Notes: generated by a model not told the origin, from the sequence alone. A stretch of DNA of 64,000 nt from an uncultured Erythrobacter sp. (GCA_963975275.1 CAXBFN010000006.1:132124-196123), one strand, 5' to 3'. Shown: positions 49,382-59,159, counted from the stretch's first letter. A program made the numbers and translations.

Positions 49382-49900
49382 ACGCGCGATGACGAAGCGT
49401 GCGCGCCCTGAGACACTCGTCTGGGGTAAGTCGATCGGCTCATAGCCATATTCGCGCCAAGCCGAGGTCACTGCTTCGTCGCTCGCGACTGCCTCGCTCC
49501 ATGTTTGGCGGCGTTGCTCGTCGGGACGATAGATCGATTGCCAAGCCTTCGCCCGGAAGACCGGTCCATCGAAGCGCAAGCTCCTGCAGGCACGATCGAT
49601 AGCTGCGGAGACGGGCAGCCCTTCGACCCGAAGGAATCCGACGATGTCGGGAAAACCCCGGTCGAACACGATCGGGCCAAGGGAAGGCGCCACTTCCCAG
49701 GCCTTCAACTGTTCCTCCAACATGGCTTGCGCGAAGCCGAGCGGGTCCCTCGCGCGCAGTTCCATTCCCTCGAGCGCCAAGAGAATTCGTCGCGCCACTT
49801 CTGGAACGGTGGCCAGACCCCGTTCCGCAAGCGCCGCCAGCAAGGTCGATTTGCCCGCCCCAGGAGCGCCCGTGATCGCGGCTCTCCGAGGGGCAGGCAT
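49376..49900 (-). CDS. AAA_28-type P-loop ATPase/kinase (COG3911-like)
   Basis: Walker A ITGAPGAGKSTLL, 174 aa. Its start lies 4 nt after the rho stop. Confidence 0.75.
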   Translation of the reverse strand: MPAPRRAAITGAPGAGKSTLLAALAERGLATVPEVARRILLALEGMELRARDPLGFAQAMLEEQLKAWEVAPSLGPIVFDRGFPDIVGFLRVEGLPVSAAIDRACRSLRFDGPVFRAKAWQSIYRPDEQRRQTWSEAVASDEAVTSAWREYGYEPIDLPQTSVSGRARFVIARL

Positions 49901-49904
49901 CGCC

Positions 49905-51170
49905 CTACTGGTTCATCGTCTCGAAGAAGTCCTCGTTGGTCTTGGAATCCTTCATCTTGTCGAGCAGGAATTCCATCGAATCGATCGTGCCCATCTGCAT
50001 GAGGATCCGGCGCAGCACCCACATCTTGGAGAGCTTGTCCTTCTCGACCAGCAGCTCTTCCTTGCGGGTCCCGCTCTTGCCGACATCGAGCGCGGGGAAG
50101 ATGCGCTTGTCGGCGACCTTGCGATCGAGGACGATCTCGGAGTTGCCGGTGCCCTTGAATTCCTCGAAGATCACCTCGTCCATCCGGCTGCCGGTGTCGA
50201 TCAGCGCGGTGGCGATGATCGAGAGCGAGCCGCCCTCCTCGATGTTGCGCGCCGCGCCGAAGAAGCGCTTGGGGCGCTGCAGCGCATTGGCGTCGACGCC
50301 GCCGGTCAGCACCTTGCCCGAGCTCGGGACCACGGTGTTGTAGGCACGGCCCAGCCGGGTGATCGAATCGAGCAGGATGACGACATCCTTCTTGTGCTCG
50401 ACCAGCCGCTTGGCCTTCTCGATCACCATCTCGGCCACCTGGACGTGTCGGTTGGCAGGCTCGTCGAAGGTCGAGGCGATCACCTCGCCCTTCACCGAAC
50501 GCTGCATGTCGGTGACTTCCTCGGGGCGCTCGTCGATCAGCAGGACGATCAGGAACACCTCGGGGTGGTTGTCGGTGATGGCCTTGGCCATGTTCTGGAG
50601 CAGCACGGTCTTGCCGACCCGCGGCGGCGCGACGATCAGCGCGCGCTGGCCCTTGCCCTGCGGCGAGATGATGTCGATCACCCGCGCCGACTTGTCGAGC
50701 ACGGTCGGATCGAGCGTGTCGAGCGAGAGCTTCTCATCCGGGTAGAGCGGGGTGAGATTGTCGAAATTGGTGCGGTGACGGACCTGATCGGGATCCTCGA
50801 AATTGACCTGCGTCAGCTTGGTCACCGCGAAATAGCGCTCGCCCTCGCGCGGCGCGCGGATCTCGCCTTCGACCGTATCGCCGGTGCGCAGGCCCCATTT
50901 GCGGACCTGATTGGGCGAAACGTAGATATCGTCGGGTCCGGCGAGGTAATTGGCCTCGGGGCTGCGCAGGAAGCCGAAGCCGTCCTGCAGCACCTCGATG
51001 GTGCCGATACCCATGATCTTTTCTTCGTATTCCTCGTCCTCGGCCAGCTCGCGCAGGATGCAGAACATCAGATCCTGGCGGCGCATGGTGGACGCGCCCT
51101 CGACCCCGAGTTCCTCGGCCATCGCGACCAGGTCGGCGGGCGGTTTTTCTTTCAGATCCTTGAGATGCAT
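49905..51170 (-). CDS. rho: transcription termination factor Rho
   Basis: ATG 51170 ([22 protein letters not shown]). Walker [12 protein letters not shown]. 421 aa. Confidence 0.95.
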   Translation of the reverse strand: MHLKDLKEKPPADLVAMAEELGVEGASTMRRQDLMFCILRELAEDEEYEEKIMGIGTIEVLQDGFGFLRSPEANYLAGPDDIYVSPNQVRKWGLRTGDTVEGEIRAPREGERYFAVTKLTQVNFEDPDQVRHRTNFDNLTPLYPDEKLSLDTLDPTVLDKSARVIDIISPQGKGQRALIVAPPRVGKTVLLQNMAKAITDNHPEVFLIVLLIDERPEEVTDMQRSVKGEVIASTFDEPANRHVQVAEMVIEKAKRLVEHKKDVVILLDSITRLGRAYNTVVPSSGKVLTGGVDANALQRPKRFFGAARNIEEGGSLSIIATALIDTGSRMDEVIFEEFKGTGNSEIVLDRKVADKRIFPALDVGKSGTRKEELLVEKDKLSKMWVLRRILMQMGTIDSMEFLLDKMKDSKTNEDFFETMNQ

Positions 51171-51379
51171 GGATGGTCTCGAACAAATGGGAATGGAAAC
51201 GGAGGACAAGATCGGGGGTTGGTCGCGAGGTCTGTCCTGAGACGATGCGCAGGACGGGCTTGGGGAAAGCGGACCCGGTCCCGTTAGAATGCGGGACCTG
51301 TAACCGGTAGGATGGAAGCGGAATTAGGACCGCGCTGCGGCTGCGTCAATCGCCAAAGCGCACGCAAGACGGCTGCGGC

Positions 51380-51829
51380 CTAGAAGGGCTTGATCACCGC
51401 GAGCACCACGATCAGCGCCGCGGCGAGCCCCGGGACCTCGTTGAGCAGCCGCAGCTTGCGCCCGCTGAGCGCATAATCGCCCCGTGCCAGCTTCTTGGCG
51501 TAGGCGCTCATCCAGCCGTGATAGCCCGACAGCGCCAGCACCAGCACCAGCTTGGCGTGGAACCAGCCCTGCGTGTGCGCGCCGGTGGTGACCACCAGCG
51601 CCAGCCCCAGGATCCAGACCACCACCAGCGAGGGTGTGAGGATGATCTTGAGCAGCCTCTTTTCGCGCTCGACCCAGCGCGCCGCCTCGTCGGACCCGGC
51701 GGGCGCCTCCTGATGATAGACGAAAAAGCGCGGCAGCATGAACAGCCCCGCCATCCAGAAGATCACGAAGATCAGGTGCCCGGCCTTGAGCCAGTAATAG
51801 GTCATCGAGAGAATTTCCTGCATCGCCAT
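51380..51829 (-). CDS. hemJ: protoporphyrinogen IX oxidase HemJ (UPF0093/CopD-like)
   Basis: YYWLKAGHLIFVIFWMAGLFMLPRFFVYH, four TM segments. Lies next to hemE. Confidence 0.85.
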   Translation of the reverse strand: MAMQEILSMTYYWLKAGHLIFVIFWMAGLFMLPRFFVYHQEAPAGSDEAARWVEREKRLLKIILTPSLVVVWILGLALVVTTGAHTQGWFHAKLVLVLALSGYHGWMSAYAKKLARGDYALSGRKLRLLNEVPGLAAALIVVLAVIKPF

Positions 51830-51856
51830 CCCATCTAGGCAGCGAGCGCGTCCGCG

Positions 51857-52873
51857 TCACCCCCTGACGCAGGCGAGCAGCCGCTCCACATGCGCGATCG
51901 GGGTCCGGCGGTCGATGCCGTGGCCGAGGTTGAAGACATGCGGCCGGCCCGCGAAGGCGTCGAGGATGACCCGGCAGCGCGTCTCCAGCTCACCGCTTCC
52001 CGCGAGCAGCAGCAGCGGGTCGAGATTGCCCTGCACCGGCATCCCCTCGGGCAGTTCGCGCGCCGCCCAGACGGGGTCGATGGTCTCGTCCACCCCGACC
52101 GCCTGGACCCCGGTCTCGCGCGCATAGGCGGGTAGCTTCTCGCCCGCCCCCTTGGGAAAACCGATCACCGGAAGCTCGGGGAAGCGCGCGCGCAGGGCCG
52201 CGGTGATCCGGGCGTTGGGAGCCACGACCCAGCGCTCGAACTCGCTCGGCGCCAGGCTCCCCGACCAGCTGTCGAACAGCTGGATCGCCTCGGCACCGAC
52301 CTCGACCTGCCCGCAAAGGTAATCGATCGTCTGATCGGCGATGGCATCGATGATCGCCTGCATCGCCCCGGGATCGCGGTAAGCCAGCGCGCGCGCATCG
52401 TGCTGGTCGCGGCTGCCCTCGCCCGCGACCATATAGGTCGCGACGGTCCAGGGGCTCCCCGCAAAGCCCAGCATGGTCACCTGATCGCTCAGCCGTGCCC
52501 GGCACAGCCGCACCGTCTCGTAGACCGGCTCGTAGCGGGTGGGATCGGGCTGCAGGCTATCGAGCGCCGCATCGATCAGCCGCGGCGACAGCCTGGGGCC
52601 CTCGCCCGCCAGAAACTCCAGGTGCTGGCCCATGGCGTGCGGGACGATCAGGATGTCAGAGAACAGGATCGCGCCGTCGAAGCCGAAGCGCTCGATCGGC
52701 TGCAGCGTCACCTCGGCCGCGGACGGACTGTCGTAGACGAGATCGAGAAATCCGCCCTTCTCGGCGCGCAAAGCCCGGTATTCCGCCAGATAGCGGCCGG
52801 CCTGGCGCATCAGCCAGACGGGGGGCTTCGCCGCGCGCTTGCCGGCAAGTGTATCGAGCAGGAGACCGGGCAT
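51857..52873 (-). CDS. hemE: uroporphyrinogen decarboxylase
   Basis: ATG 52873 (MPGLLLDTLAGKRAAKPPVWLMRQAGRYLAEY). The track ORF starts six codons upstream at a TTG (52891). Confidence 0.95.
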   Translation of the reverse strand: MPGLLLDTLAGKRAAKPPVWLMRQAGRYLAEYRALRAEKGGFLDLVYDSPSAAEVTLQPIERFGFDGAILFSDILIVPHAMGQHLEFLAGEGPRLSPRLIDAALDSLQPDPTRYEPVYETVRLCRARLSDQVTMLGFAGSPWTVATYMVAGEGSRDQHDARALAYRDPGAMQAIIDAIADQTIDYLCGQVEVGAEAIQLFDSWSGSLAPSEFERWVVAPNARITAALRARFPELPVIGFPKGAGEKLPAYARETGVQAVGVDETIDPVWAARELPEGMPVQGNLDPLLLLAGSGELETRCRVILDAFAGRPHVFNLGHGIDRRTPIAHVERLLACVRG

Positions 52874-53189
52874 CGAGCGAGTCCAATCCAAAAAAATTAG
52901 ATTTATATATAGATTGATGGAGTCAGTTGGCCCTGTGGAGATCGGGCATAGCGGGTTCCTGCCCGATTTCTCCCGCGATGCAAAGGCTGGCCCGGCGAAC
53001 CGACTCGCGGCTGCGGCAGAGTCGAGTCATACTTATGCCTGCTGTCCCCAGCCTGTTCACATCCCTGGCCTCCTGTCGACAAGCGACGGGAGCAAATGAC
53101 TCGCAGTGGGTATGGAATGGGGTCTCAACTTGTCGTCAGGCCTGTCCCGTGGTTTATGCCGGCTCTTCTCCACAGGGCCGGGAGCCGCA
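52874..53189. other. predicted chromosomal replication origin (Cori-like oriC)
   Basis: Divergent gap between hemE and the DUF299 gene. Has an AT-rich tract at 52890-52918 (26 of 29 A/T) and six GANTC sites (52879, 52920, 53002, 53019, 53024, 53098). DnaA-box-like 9-mers: TTCTCCACA at 53166-53174, and ATCTCCACA on the minus strand at 52934-52942. Flanking genes are transcribed away from the gap. Synteny matches Caulobacter Cori. Confidence 0.6.
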
Positions 53190-54035
53190 GTGAGCCGTAT
53201 CCATCTCCACCTCGTTTCGGACTCCACCGGGGAGACTCTGGAGATGATCGCCAAGGCGGCGATCGCCCAGTTCGAGGACGCCGAGGTCGAACGCCATTTC
53301 TGGCCGATGGTCCGCTCGCGCCAGCATCTCGACCGGATCGTGCCCGAACTATCCGCCAATCCGGGTATCGTGCTCTACACGCTGGTCAATCCGGAAACGC
53401 GGTCGCGGCTCGAGGAGCATTGCCGGACGCTGTCGCTGACCGCGGTGCCGGTGCTCGACGGGGTGACCGCCGCGCTCGAGAATGCGCTTGGGCGCGAGGC
53501 GCAGGGGCGGCCCGGGCGCCAGCACCTGATGGACCAGGCCTATTTCGACCGCGTCGAGGCGATCCAGTTCACCATCGCGCATGACGACGGGATCGGCTGG
53601 GAGAACTGGGAGGAGGCCGATATCCTGCTCGCCGGGGTCTCGCGCTCGTCCAAGACCCCGACCAGCATCTATCTCGCCAACCGCGGCTACAAGGTCGCCA
53701 ATATTCCCCTGGTGGTCGAAAGCCCGCCGCCGCCCTCGCTGTTCAGCCTGCGCCATCCGCTAGTGGTCGGGCTGACCACCGCCCCCGAACGGCTGGTGCA
53801 GATCCGCCGCAACCGCCTGCTGACGCTCAACGAGCGGACCCAGACCTCCTATGTCGATTCCGAGCACGTCACCTCCGAGGTGCAGTTCGCCCGCCGGATG
53901 TTCGCCGACAATGGCTGGCCGGTGATCGATGTCACCCGCCGTTCGATCGAGGAAACCGCGGCGGCGATCATCAAGCTGCTGGGCGATCGCCAGCGCCGCG
54001 ACGACGCGCTGCTGCAAGGGGTCAAGCCGATATGA
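53190..54035 (+). CDS. kinase/pyrophosphorylase (DUF299; PpsR/PDRP family), homolog of Caulobacter CC0001 / Rickettsia RP001
   Basis: GTG 53190 gives (M)[17 protein letters not shown], the typical family N-terminus. P-loop [11 protein letters not shown]. The track start at 53106 is probably too far upstream. Confidence 0.85.
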   Translation: MSRIHLHLVSDSTGETLEMIAKAAIAQFEDAEVERHFWPMVRSRQHLDRIVPELSANPGIVLYTLVNPETRSRLEEHCRTLSLTAVPVLDGVTAALENALGREAQGRPGRQHLMDQAYFDRVEAIQFTIAHDDGIGWENWEEADILLAGVSRSSKTPTSIYLANRGYKVANIPLVVESPPPPSLFSLRHPLVVGLTTAPERLVQIRRNRLLTLNERTQTSYVDSEHVTSEVQFARRMFADNGWPVIDVTRRSIEETAAAIIKLLGDRQRRDDALLQGVKPI

Positions 54036-54652
54036 GCGCCGATATCCGAGACGGTCTGGAAGGAAGCGGATTGATCCTCGCCTCGGGGAGCGCCTCGCGC
54101 AAGGCGATGCTGGAGGCTGCGGGGGTGCATTTCGAAGTCGCGTCGCCCGATGTGGACGAGCGCGCGCTCGAGGCCGAAATGGCGGATGCCGAGCCCGAGG
54201 AGATCGCGCAGGCGCTGGCGGCGGCTAAGGCTGCGGCCGTGTCGATGGCGCGTCCGGGTATCCCCGTGCTGGGCAGCGATTCGCTGGTCGAGGTCGAGGG
54301 GCGTCGCTTCGACAAGCCCGAGAGCCGCGAACAGGCCGCCGAGCATTTGCGGTTTTTCTCGGGCCGGACCATGACACTGCACAGCGCCGCCGCGCTGGCG
54401 CAGGATGGCCGTATCCTGTGGGTCGGCTCGGATTTCGCTCGGCTGCGGGTGCGCGAGTTGAGCGATGCCTTCATCGAGAGCTATCTGGATACCGAATGGC
54501 CCGCGGTCTCCTATTGCGTCGGAGTGTTCCGGATCGAGGGTCCCGGGGTGCAATTGTTCGCCAGCGTGATGGGCGACCAATTCACCGTGCTGGGCATGCC
54601 GCTGCTGCAGGTGCTCGCCGCGCTGCGCGAGCGGGGAATCCTGCCCGAATGA
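54032..54652 (+). CDS. maf: Maf-like nucleoside triphosphate pyrophosphatase
   Basis: [19 protein letters not shown]. Its ATG overlaps the upstream stop (ATGA). Confidence 0.9.
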   Translation: MSADIRDGLEGSGLILASGSASRKAMLEAAGVHFEVASPDVDERALEAEMADAEPEEIAQALAAAKAAAVSMARPGIPVLGSDSLVEVEGRRFDKPESREQAAEHLRFFSGRTMTLHSAAALAQDGRILWVGSDFARLRVRELSDAFIESYLDTEWPAVSYCVGVFRIEGPGVQLFASVMGDQFTVLGMPLLQVLAALRERGILPE

Positions 54653-55521
54653 GCGCGCGCCCAATGAGCACGCCTGACGCCGAGGTGATCGGCGATCCGA
54701 TTGCGCAATCCAAATCGCCGGCGATCCATAATTTCTGGCTAGCGAAGCTCGGGATGGCGGGCGAGTATCGCGCGACCCGCGTCGCGCCTCGCGATCTCGC
54801 CGCCTTTTTCGCCGAGCGTCGCGCCGACTCTGCCTGGCGCGGCTGCAACATCACCATGCCGCACAAGCAGGCGGCGATGCCGCTGCTCGACCGGATCGAG
54901 CCGCTTGCCCGGCGGGTGGGCGCGGTCAACACCGTCCACCGCGCGAAGGACGGCGCGCTCGTCGGTCGCAACACCGATGTCGGCGGTTTCCTCGAACCGC
55001 TCGCCGAGATCCTCGCCAGGCGCCACCTGTTCCGCATGGCGCGGGTAATCGGCACCGGCGGCGCGGCGCGGGCGATCGTGGCGGGACTGGCCGGCGAAGG
55101 TTTCACGCTGGTGCTGGCCGGGCGCGATCCGGGCAAGGCGCGCGCCATCCTCGAGGAGCTGGCACCCGGTGGCGAGCACCACGCGGTTCCTCTGACGGCC
55201 TTCGCAGGCCCGACCGATTTCGCCTTTGACGACCGCGAAGGGTGCTGCGACCTGGTGGTCAACGCCAGCCCGCTGGGGATGCGCGGCCAGCCGCCGCTGA
55301 CCTTCGACTGGAGCCATGCACCGCCCGGAAGCATCGCCTACGATATCGTCACCGACCCGGTCGAGACCCCGTTCCTGCGCGATGCCCGCGCGGCCGGCTT
55401 CGCCACCATCGACGGGCTCGCCATGCTGATCGGGCAGGCGGCAGGCGCGTTCGAACGCTTCTTCGGCACCCCGCCCCCGCGCGAATACGATCCCGAATTG
55501 CGCGACAGGCTCGCGGCATGA
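54649..55521 (+). CDS. aroE: shikimate dehydrogenase
   Basis: ATG 54649 overlaps the maf stop. [36 protein letters not shown]. Confidence 0.9.
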   Translation: MSARPMSTPDAEVIGDPIAQSKSPAIHNFWLAKLGMAGEYRATRVAPRDLAAFFAERRADSAWRGCNITMPHKQAAMPLLDRIEPLARRVGAVNTVHRAKDGALVGRNTDVGGFLEPLAEILARRHLFRMARVIGTGGAARAIVAGLAGEGFTLVLAGRDPGKARAILEELAPGGEHHAVPLTAFAGPTDFAFDDREGCCDLVVNASPLGMRGQPPLTFDWSHAPPGSIAYDIVTDPVETPFLRDARAAGFATIDGLAMLIGQAAGAFERFFGTPPPREYDPELRDRLAA

Positions 55522-56126
55522 CGCGCCCGCTGATCCTCGGGCTCACCGGCTCGATCGGTATGGGCAAATCGACCGTCGCCACAATGTTCGAAAGCGCGGG
55601 CGTGCCGGTGTTCGATGCCGACGCGGTCGTGCGCTCGATGCAGGGACCCGGCGGCGCGCTGGTCGCAGCGATCGAGGCGGCGTTCCCCGGCAGCACCGGA
55701 CCCGACGGCGTGAAACGCGAGGCGCTCGGGGAACAGGTGTTCGGCGACAGTGCTGCGCTCGCGCGGCTCGAGGCGATCGTCCACCCGGCGGTGGCCGCGC
55801 GGCGGGTCGAGTTCCTGATCGAACACGGCAGCGCGCCGATGGTGGTGTTCGACATCCCGCTGTTGTTCGAGAAAGGCGGCGCGGACCAGGTCGATCAGGT
55901 CATCGTCGTTTCCGCCCCCGCCGATGTTCAGCGCGCCCGCGTGCTGGCGCGCCCGGGCATGACCGCGGACAAGTTCGCGCATATCCTGTCGCTCCAGACC
56001 CCCGATGCGGACAAGCGCGCAGGCGCCGATCACGTGATCCCCACCGGGGTGCCGCTGACGCAGACGCGGGCGCAGGTCCAGGCGCTGATCGAGCGATTGC
56101 GCGAAGAGCCTCGCCCCTCCCCTTGA
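55518..56126 (+). CDS. coaE: dephospho-CoA kinase
   Basis: ATG 55518 overlaps the aroE stop. [21 protein letters not shown]. Confidence 0.9.
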   Translation: MTRPLILGLTGSIGMGKSTVATMFESAGVPVFDADAVVRSMQGPGGALVAAIEAAFPGSTGPDGVKREALGEQVFGDSAALARLEAIVHPAVAARRVEFLIEHGSAPMVVFDIPLLFEKGGADQVDQVIVVSAPADVQRARVLARPGMTADKFAHILSLQTPDADKRAGADHVIPTGVPLTQTRAQVQALIERLREEPRPSP

Positions 56127-56158
56127 AACTGGCGAGAATCGGGCCGATAGAACCGGGA

Positions 56159-56854
56159 ATGCGCGAGATCGTCTTCGACACCGAAACCACCGGACTGGAC
56201 CCGAAAACCGGCGACAGGATGGTCGAGATCGGCTGCGTCGAAATGGTCGATCTGGTCCCCACGGGCGAGACCTTTCACGCCTATTACAATCCCGAACGCG
56301 ACATGCCCGCGGGCGCCGAGGCGGTGCACGGGCTCTCGGCCGCCTTTCTGTCGGACAAGCCGCTGTTCCGCGACGGCGCCTCGGCGCTGCTCGAGTTCAT
56401 TGGCGACTCGCCGCTGGTGGCGCACAACGCCGGGTTCGACTTCGGCTTTCTCAACGCCGAGCTGGGCCTGTGCGGGCTGGAAGCGGTCTGCCTCACGCGG
56501 ATGATCGACACGGTCTCGCTCGCCAAGAAGCGCCACCCCGGTGCCAAGCTGTCGCTCGACGCGCTGTGTTCGCGCTACGGGATCGATCGCAGCCACCGCG
56601 TCAAGCACGGCGCGCTGCTCGATGCCGAATTGCTCGCGCAGGTCTATGTCGAACTCAAGGGCGGCCGGCAGATCGGTCTGGCTCTCGCGGCCGAGATCGA
56701 GGTGCACGCCACGCCCGGATTGGCCGAGGCGCGGATCCGCCGCGCCCCGACCGGCGAATACCGCGCGCCGCGCCCGCATTCGGCCTCGGTCGAGGAACTC
56801 GCGCGCCACGCAGCCTTTCTATCACAGATGCAGCAGCCCCTTTGGCAGCAATAG
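56159..56854 (+). CDS. dnaQ: DNA polymerase III subunit epsilon (3'-5' proofreading exonuclease)
   Basis: MREIVFDTETTGLDP (ExoI), LVAHNAGFDFGFL (ExoII), HGALLDAELLAQVY (ExoIII). A TTG at 56123 is an alternative start. Confidence 0.9.
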   Translation: MREIVFDTETTGLDPKTGDRMVEIGCVEMVDLVPTGETFHAYYNPERDMPAGAEAVHGLSAAFLSDKPLFRDGASALLEFIGDSPLVAHNAGFDFGFLNAELGLCGLEAVCLTRMIDTVSLAKKRHPGAKLSLDALCSRYGIDRSHRVKHGALLDAELLAQVYVELKGGRQIGLALAAEIEVHATPGLAEARIRRAPTGEYRAPRPHSASVEELARHAAFLSQMQQPLWQQ

Positions 56855-56895
56855 CCGGGTCGGCATCTGCACGGACGATTGAGGAGAACGATTGC

Positions 56896-57462
56896 ATGGA
56901 TATCCGCGTCTCTGGGCACCAGATCGACACCGGCAGCGCGCTGCAGGATTACGTCACCGACCGGCTCAACGGCATGGTCCAAAAGTATTTCAACCGAGCG
57001 CATTCCGCCAATGTCACCTTCGGCAAGGCGCCAGGCGGCGCGTTCAGCAGCGATATCGTGACCCATGTGAACAAGGGTCTGATCCTCAAGGCGCATGGCG
57101 AGGCGCATGACGTCCACCAGTCCTTCGACCAGGCGGCTGGCAAAATGGAAAAGCAGCTGCGCCGCTACAAGCGCCGGGTGCAGGACCATCACGCCCAGTC
57201 GGTCCCTGCGGAGATGGCAGAGCAGGCCGGTTACACGATCTTTGCCGGCTCGCAGAGCGAGGAAGAGACCGAGCAGGAGGATTCGCCTGCAGTCGTCGCC
57301 GAAACCACCGCGGATATTCCCGAAGCGAGCGTCGCCGATGCGGTGATGATGCTCGACCTGCGCGAAACCGGGGCGCTGTTCTTCAAGAACGCCGCGAGCG
57401 GACGCCATAATATGGTCTATCGCCGCCGCGACGGAACGATCGGCTGGGTCGAGCCGCGCTGA
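56896..57462 (+). CDS. hpf: ribosome hibernation-promoting factor (long HPF)
   Basis: ATG 56896 after GAGGAGA. MDIRVSGHQIDTGSALQDYV, plus the C-terminal dimerisation domain (FFKNAASGRHNMVYRRRDGTIGWVEP). Confidence 0.9.
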   Translation: MDIRVSGHQIDTGSALQDYVTDRLNGMVQKYFNRAHSANVTFGKAPGGAFSSDIVTHVNKGLILKAHGEAHDVHQSFDQAAGKMEKQLRRYKRRVQDHHAQSVPAEMAEQAGYTIFAGSQSEEETEQEDSPAVVAETTADIPEASVADAVMMLDLRETGALFFKNAASGRHNMVYRRRDGTIGWVEPR

Positions 57463-57502
57463 TCCGCTCGCCAGTTTCGAACAGAATGAAGGCAGGTATT
57501 CG

Positions 57503-57955
57503 ATGAGCGGCGCCGATACGCATTACCGCGCGCTGGAGCGGTTGTACGGCTCGGCGCCGATCAATTCCAAATTCGCCTCCTCGCTCGAGATTCTCGCCGA
57601 GGGCCGCGCGCGGATCAGTTTCGATGTGACCGAGGCGAGCTATCATGCTGCCGGCGCGGCGCATGGGACGATCTATTTCAAGATGCTCGACGATGCCGCC
57701 TTCTATGCGGCGAACACGCTGGCCACCGATCGCTTCCTGCTGACCACCTCGTTCAACCTTCACTTCACCAAGCCGGTGCGCGCCGGCCGGGTCGTGGCCG
57801 AGGGGCGCTGGATCAGCGGCAGGCGGCGGGTGCTGGTGGCCGAGGCGCGGCTGGTCGATGGCGATGGCGAGGAGATCGGGCGCGGCACGGGCACCTTCAT
57901 GCGCTCGCGAATCGCGCTCTCCAGCCTGCCCGGCTATTCGTCCGCCGGAGACTGA
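57503..57955 (+). CDS. PaaI-family hotdog-fold thioesterase
   Basis: 150 aa. HGTIYFKMLDDAAFYAAN ... GRGTGTF, the typical PaaI pattern. Confidence 0.8.
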   Translation: MSGADTHYRALERLYGSAPINSKFASSLEILAEGRARISFDVTEASYHAAGAAHGTIYFKMLDDAAFYAANTLATDRFLLTTSFNLHFTKPVRAGRVVAEGRWISGRRRVLVAEARLVDGDGEEIGRGTGTFMRSRIALSSLPGYSSAGD

Positions 57956-57958
57956 GCG

Positions 57959-58294
57959 ATGGGCGCGCGTCTCCCGGCGCATCTCGAAGTCTCGGGAATC
58001 ATGCGACTCGCCCAAACTGCCGGGGGATTCGCAACCGTCGTCTCGCGCGGCGAGAAAGACGCCGGGACGATCCTGCTGTTAACCCTGCAACGCGGCGGAA
58101 ATGCGCGGTTGTGGGAACGCATGCCGCAGCTCGACGGGAGCCGAAACTTCGCAGTAACCGCTGCCGAAGACCTTGAAAATCCAAGTAAAATCCAAGAGTA
58201 TATTGCTCGCAGAAGTGTTCAGGACCCCGATTGCTGGATCGTAGAGCTGGATATCGACGACGCAGACCGCTTCGTCGCATCGCTGCCCGGTTAA
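57959..58294 (+). CDS. DUF1491 family protein
   Basis: 111 aa. LPAHLEVSGIMRLAQTAGGFATVVSRGEKDAGTILLL matches my memory of the alphaproteobacterial DUF1491 family. Confidence 0.75.
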   Translation: MGARLPAHLEVSGIMRLAQTAGGFATVVSRGEKDAGTILLLTLQRGGNARLWERMPQLDGSRNFAVTAAEDLENPSKIQEYIARRSVQDPDCWIVELDIDDADRFVASLPG

Positions 58295-58493
58295 CTTGAC
58301 ATGATTACAATTGAGACTATTTGCCCGTCCACTTCGTGAGCGCAGGCGGCTGGTGCGGCAATAGGGTCGATCGGCAAGCGCGCAGACGGGGGATGGCCGG
58401 CAGGCCCGTGACGAACCGGATTAAAAGGCGCCGATAGCGGCGTCTGGTTCCAGCCTGCGACGGGTCCGTCCACCGCACAATATTGCAAAATTG

Positions 58494-59159
58494 ATGGTTC
58501 GCAAGACGATGACCGCCTCTGTGGCGGCTGTAGCCGCAGGCATAGTATTGACCTTCGCCGGAGCCGAAACCTCCGGCGCTTTTGCGCAAGAATCCGATCC
58601 CGCGCCCGAATCGACCGAGCTCCCCGACGAGGTGATGCCGGTGTTCGTGGCCAAGCCGGTGGTCCAGCCGATCCCGGCCGCGGACATCCCCAGCGTCCCC
58701 AGCGACGATTTTTCCGATATTTCAGACCAGGCCGCGAGCGCGACTTCGCTCCACGCGCTGGTGTCCACGACCCCGACCGACGGCGCGCTCTCCGAAGAGC
58801 TGCATTGCCTGGCCGGCGCGGTCTATTTCGAATCGCGCGGCGAACCGCTCGACGGCCAGCTCGCGGTGGCGCAGGTCATCATCAACCGCAGCGAATCGCG
58901 TCAGTTCCCCTCGAGCTATTGCGGCGTCGTCCACCAGCGTTCGCAATTCTCCTTCGTGAAGAACGGCCGCATGCCGAGCCCCCGTCGGGCCTCCTCGGCA
59001 TGGCAGCGCGCCAAGGCGATCGCGCGGATCGCGCATCAGGGAACGTGGCAGAGCGAGGCCAAGGATTCGCTATATTTCCACGCCAATTACGTGCGCCCGA
59101 GCTGGAGCCGCAGCAAGCAGGCGCGCACGACGATCAACACCCACATCTTCTATCGCTGA
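58494..59159 (+). CDS. cell wall hydrolase, SleB family (Hydrolase_2)
   Basis: Signal peptide. CLAGAVYFESRGEPLDGQLAVAQVIINR...YCGVVHQRSQFSF...YFHANYVRPSW. ATG 58494 (a TTG at 58491 is also in frame). Confidence 0.85.
   Translation: MVRKTMTASVAAVAAGIVLTFAGAETSGAFAQESDPAPESTELPDEVMPVFVAKPVVQPIPAADIPSVPSDDFSDISDQAASATSLHALVSTTPTDGALSEELHCLAGAVYFESRGEPLDGQLAVAQVIINRSESRQFPSSYCGVVHQRSQFSFVKNGRMPSPRRASSAWQRAKAIARIAHQGTWQSEAKDSLYFHANYVRPSWSRSKQARTTINTHIFYR

Noticed and set aside
53106-53189. Upstream GTG start (53106) of the DUF299/PpsR-like gene given in the ORF track
   Set aside because: Family members begin close to the [13 protein letters not shown] motif, so GTG 53190 fits. The extra 28 codons would cover DnaA-box-like and GANTC elements of the putative origin. 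This is not fully excluded.
52874-53189. CtrA boxes (TTAA-N7-TTAA) in the putative origin
   Set aside because: I found no TTAA-N7-TTAA match or clear half-site in the gap. I therefore make no claim of CtrA control, even though Caulobacter Cori has such sites.
58321-58490. Assignment of the sleB leader to a known riboswitch class (guanidine-I/ykkC, c-di-AMP/ydaO, fluoride, cobalamin)
   Set aside because: Only short fragments resemble these motifs (GGUUCC...GGUCCG, ACGGGGGA, GGGGAUGG). The conserved cores are not present in order, and the downstream gene type does not fit. I report it only as an unexplained structured leader.
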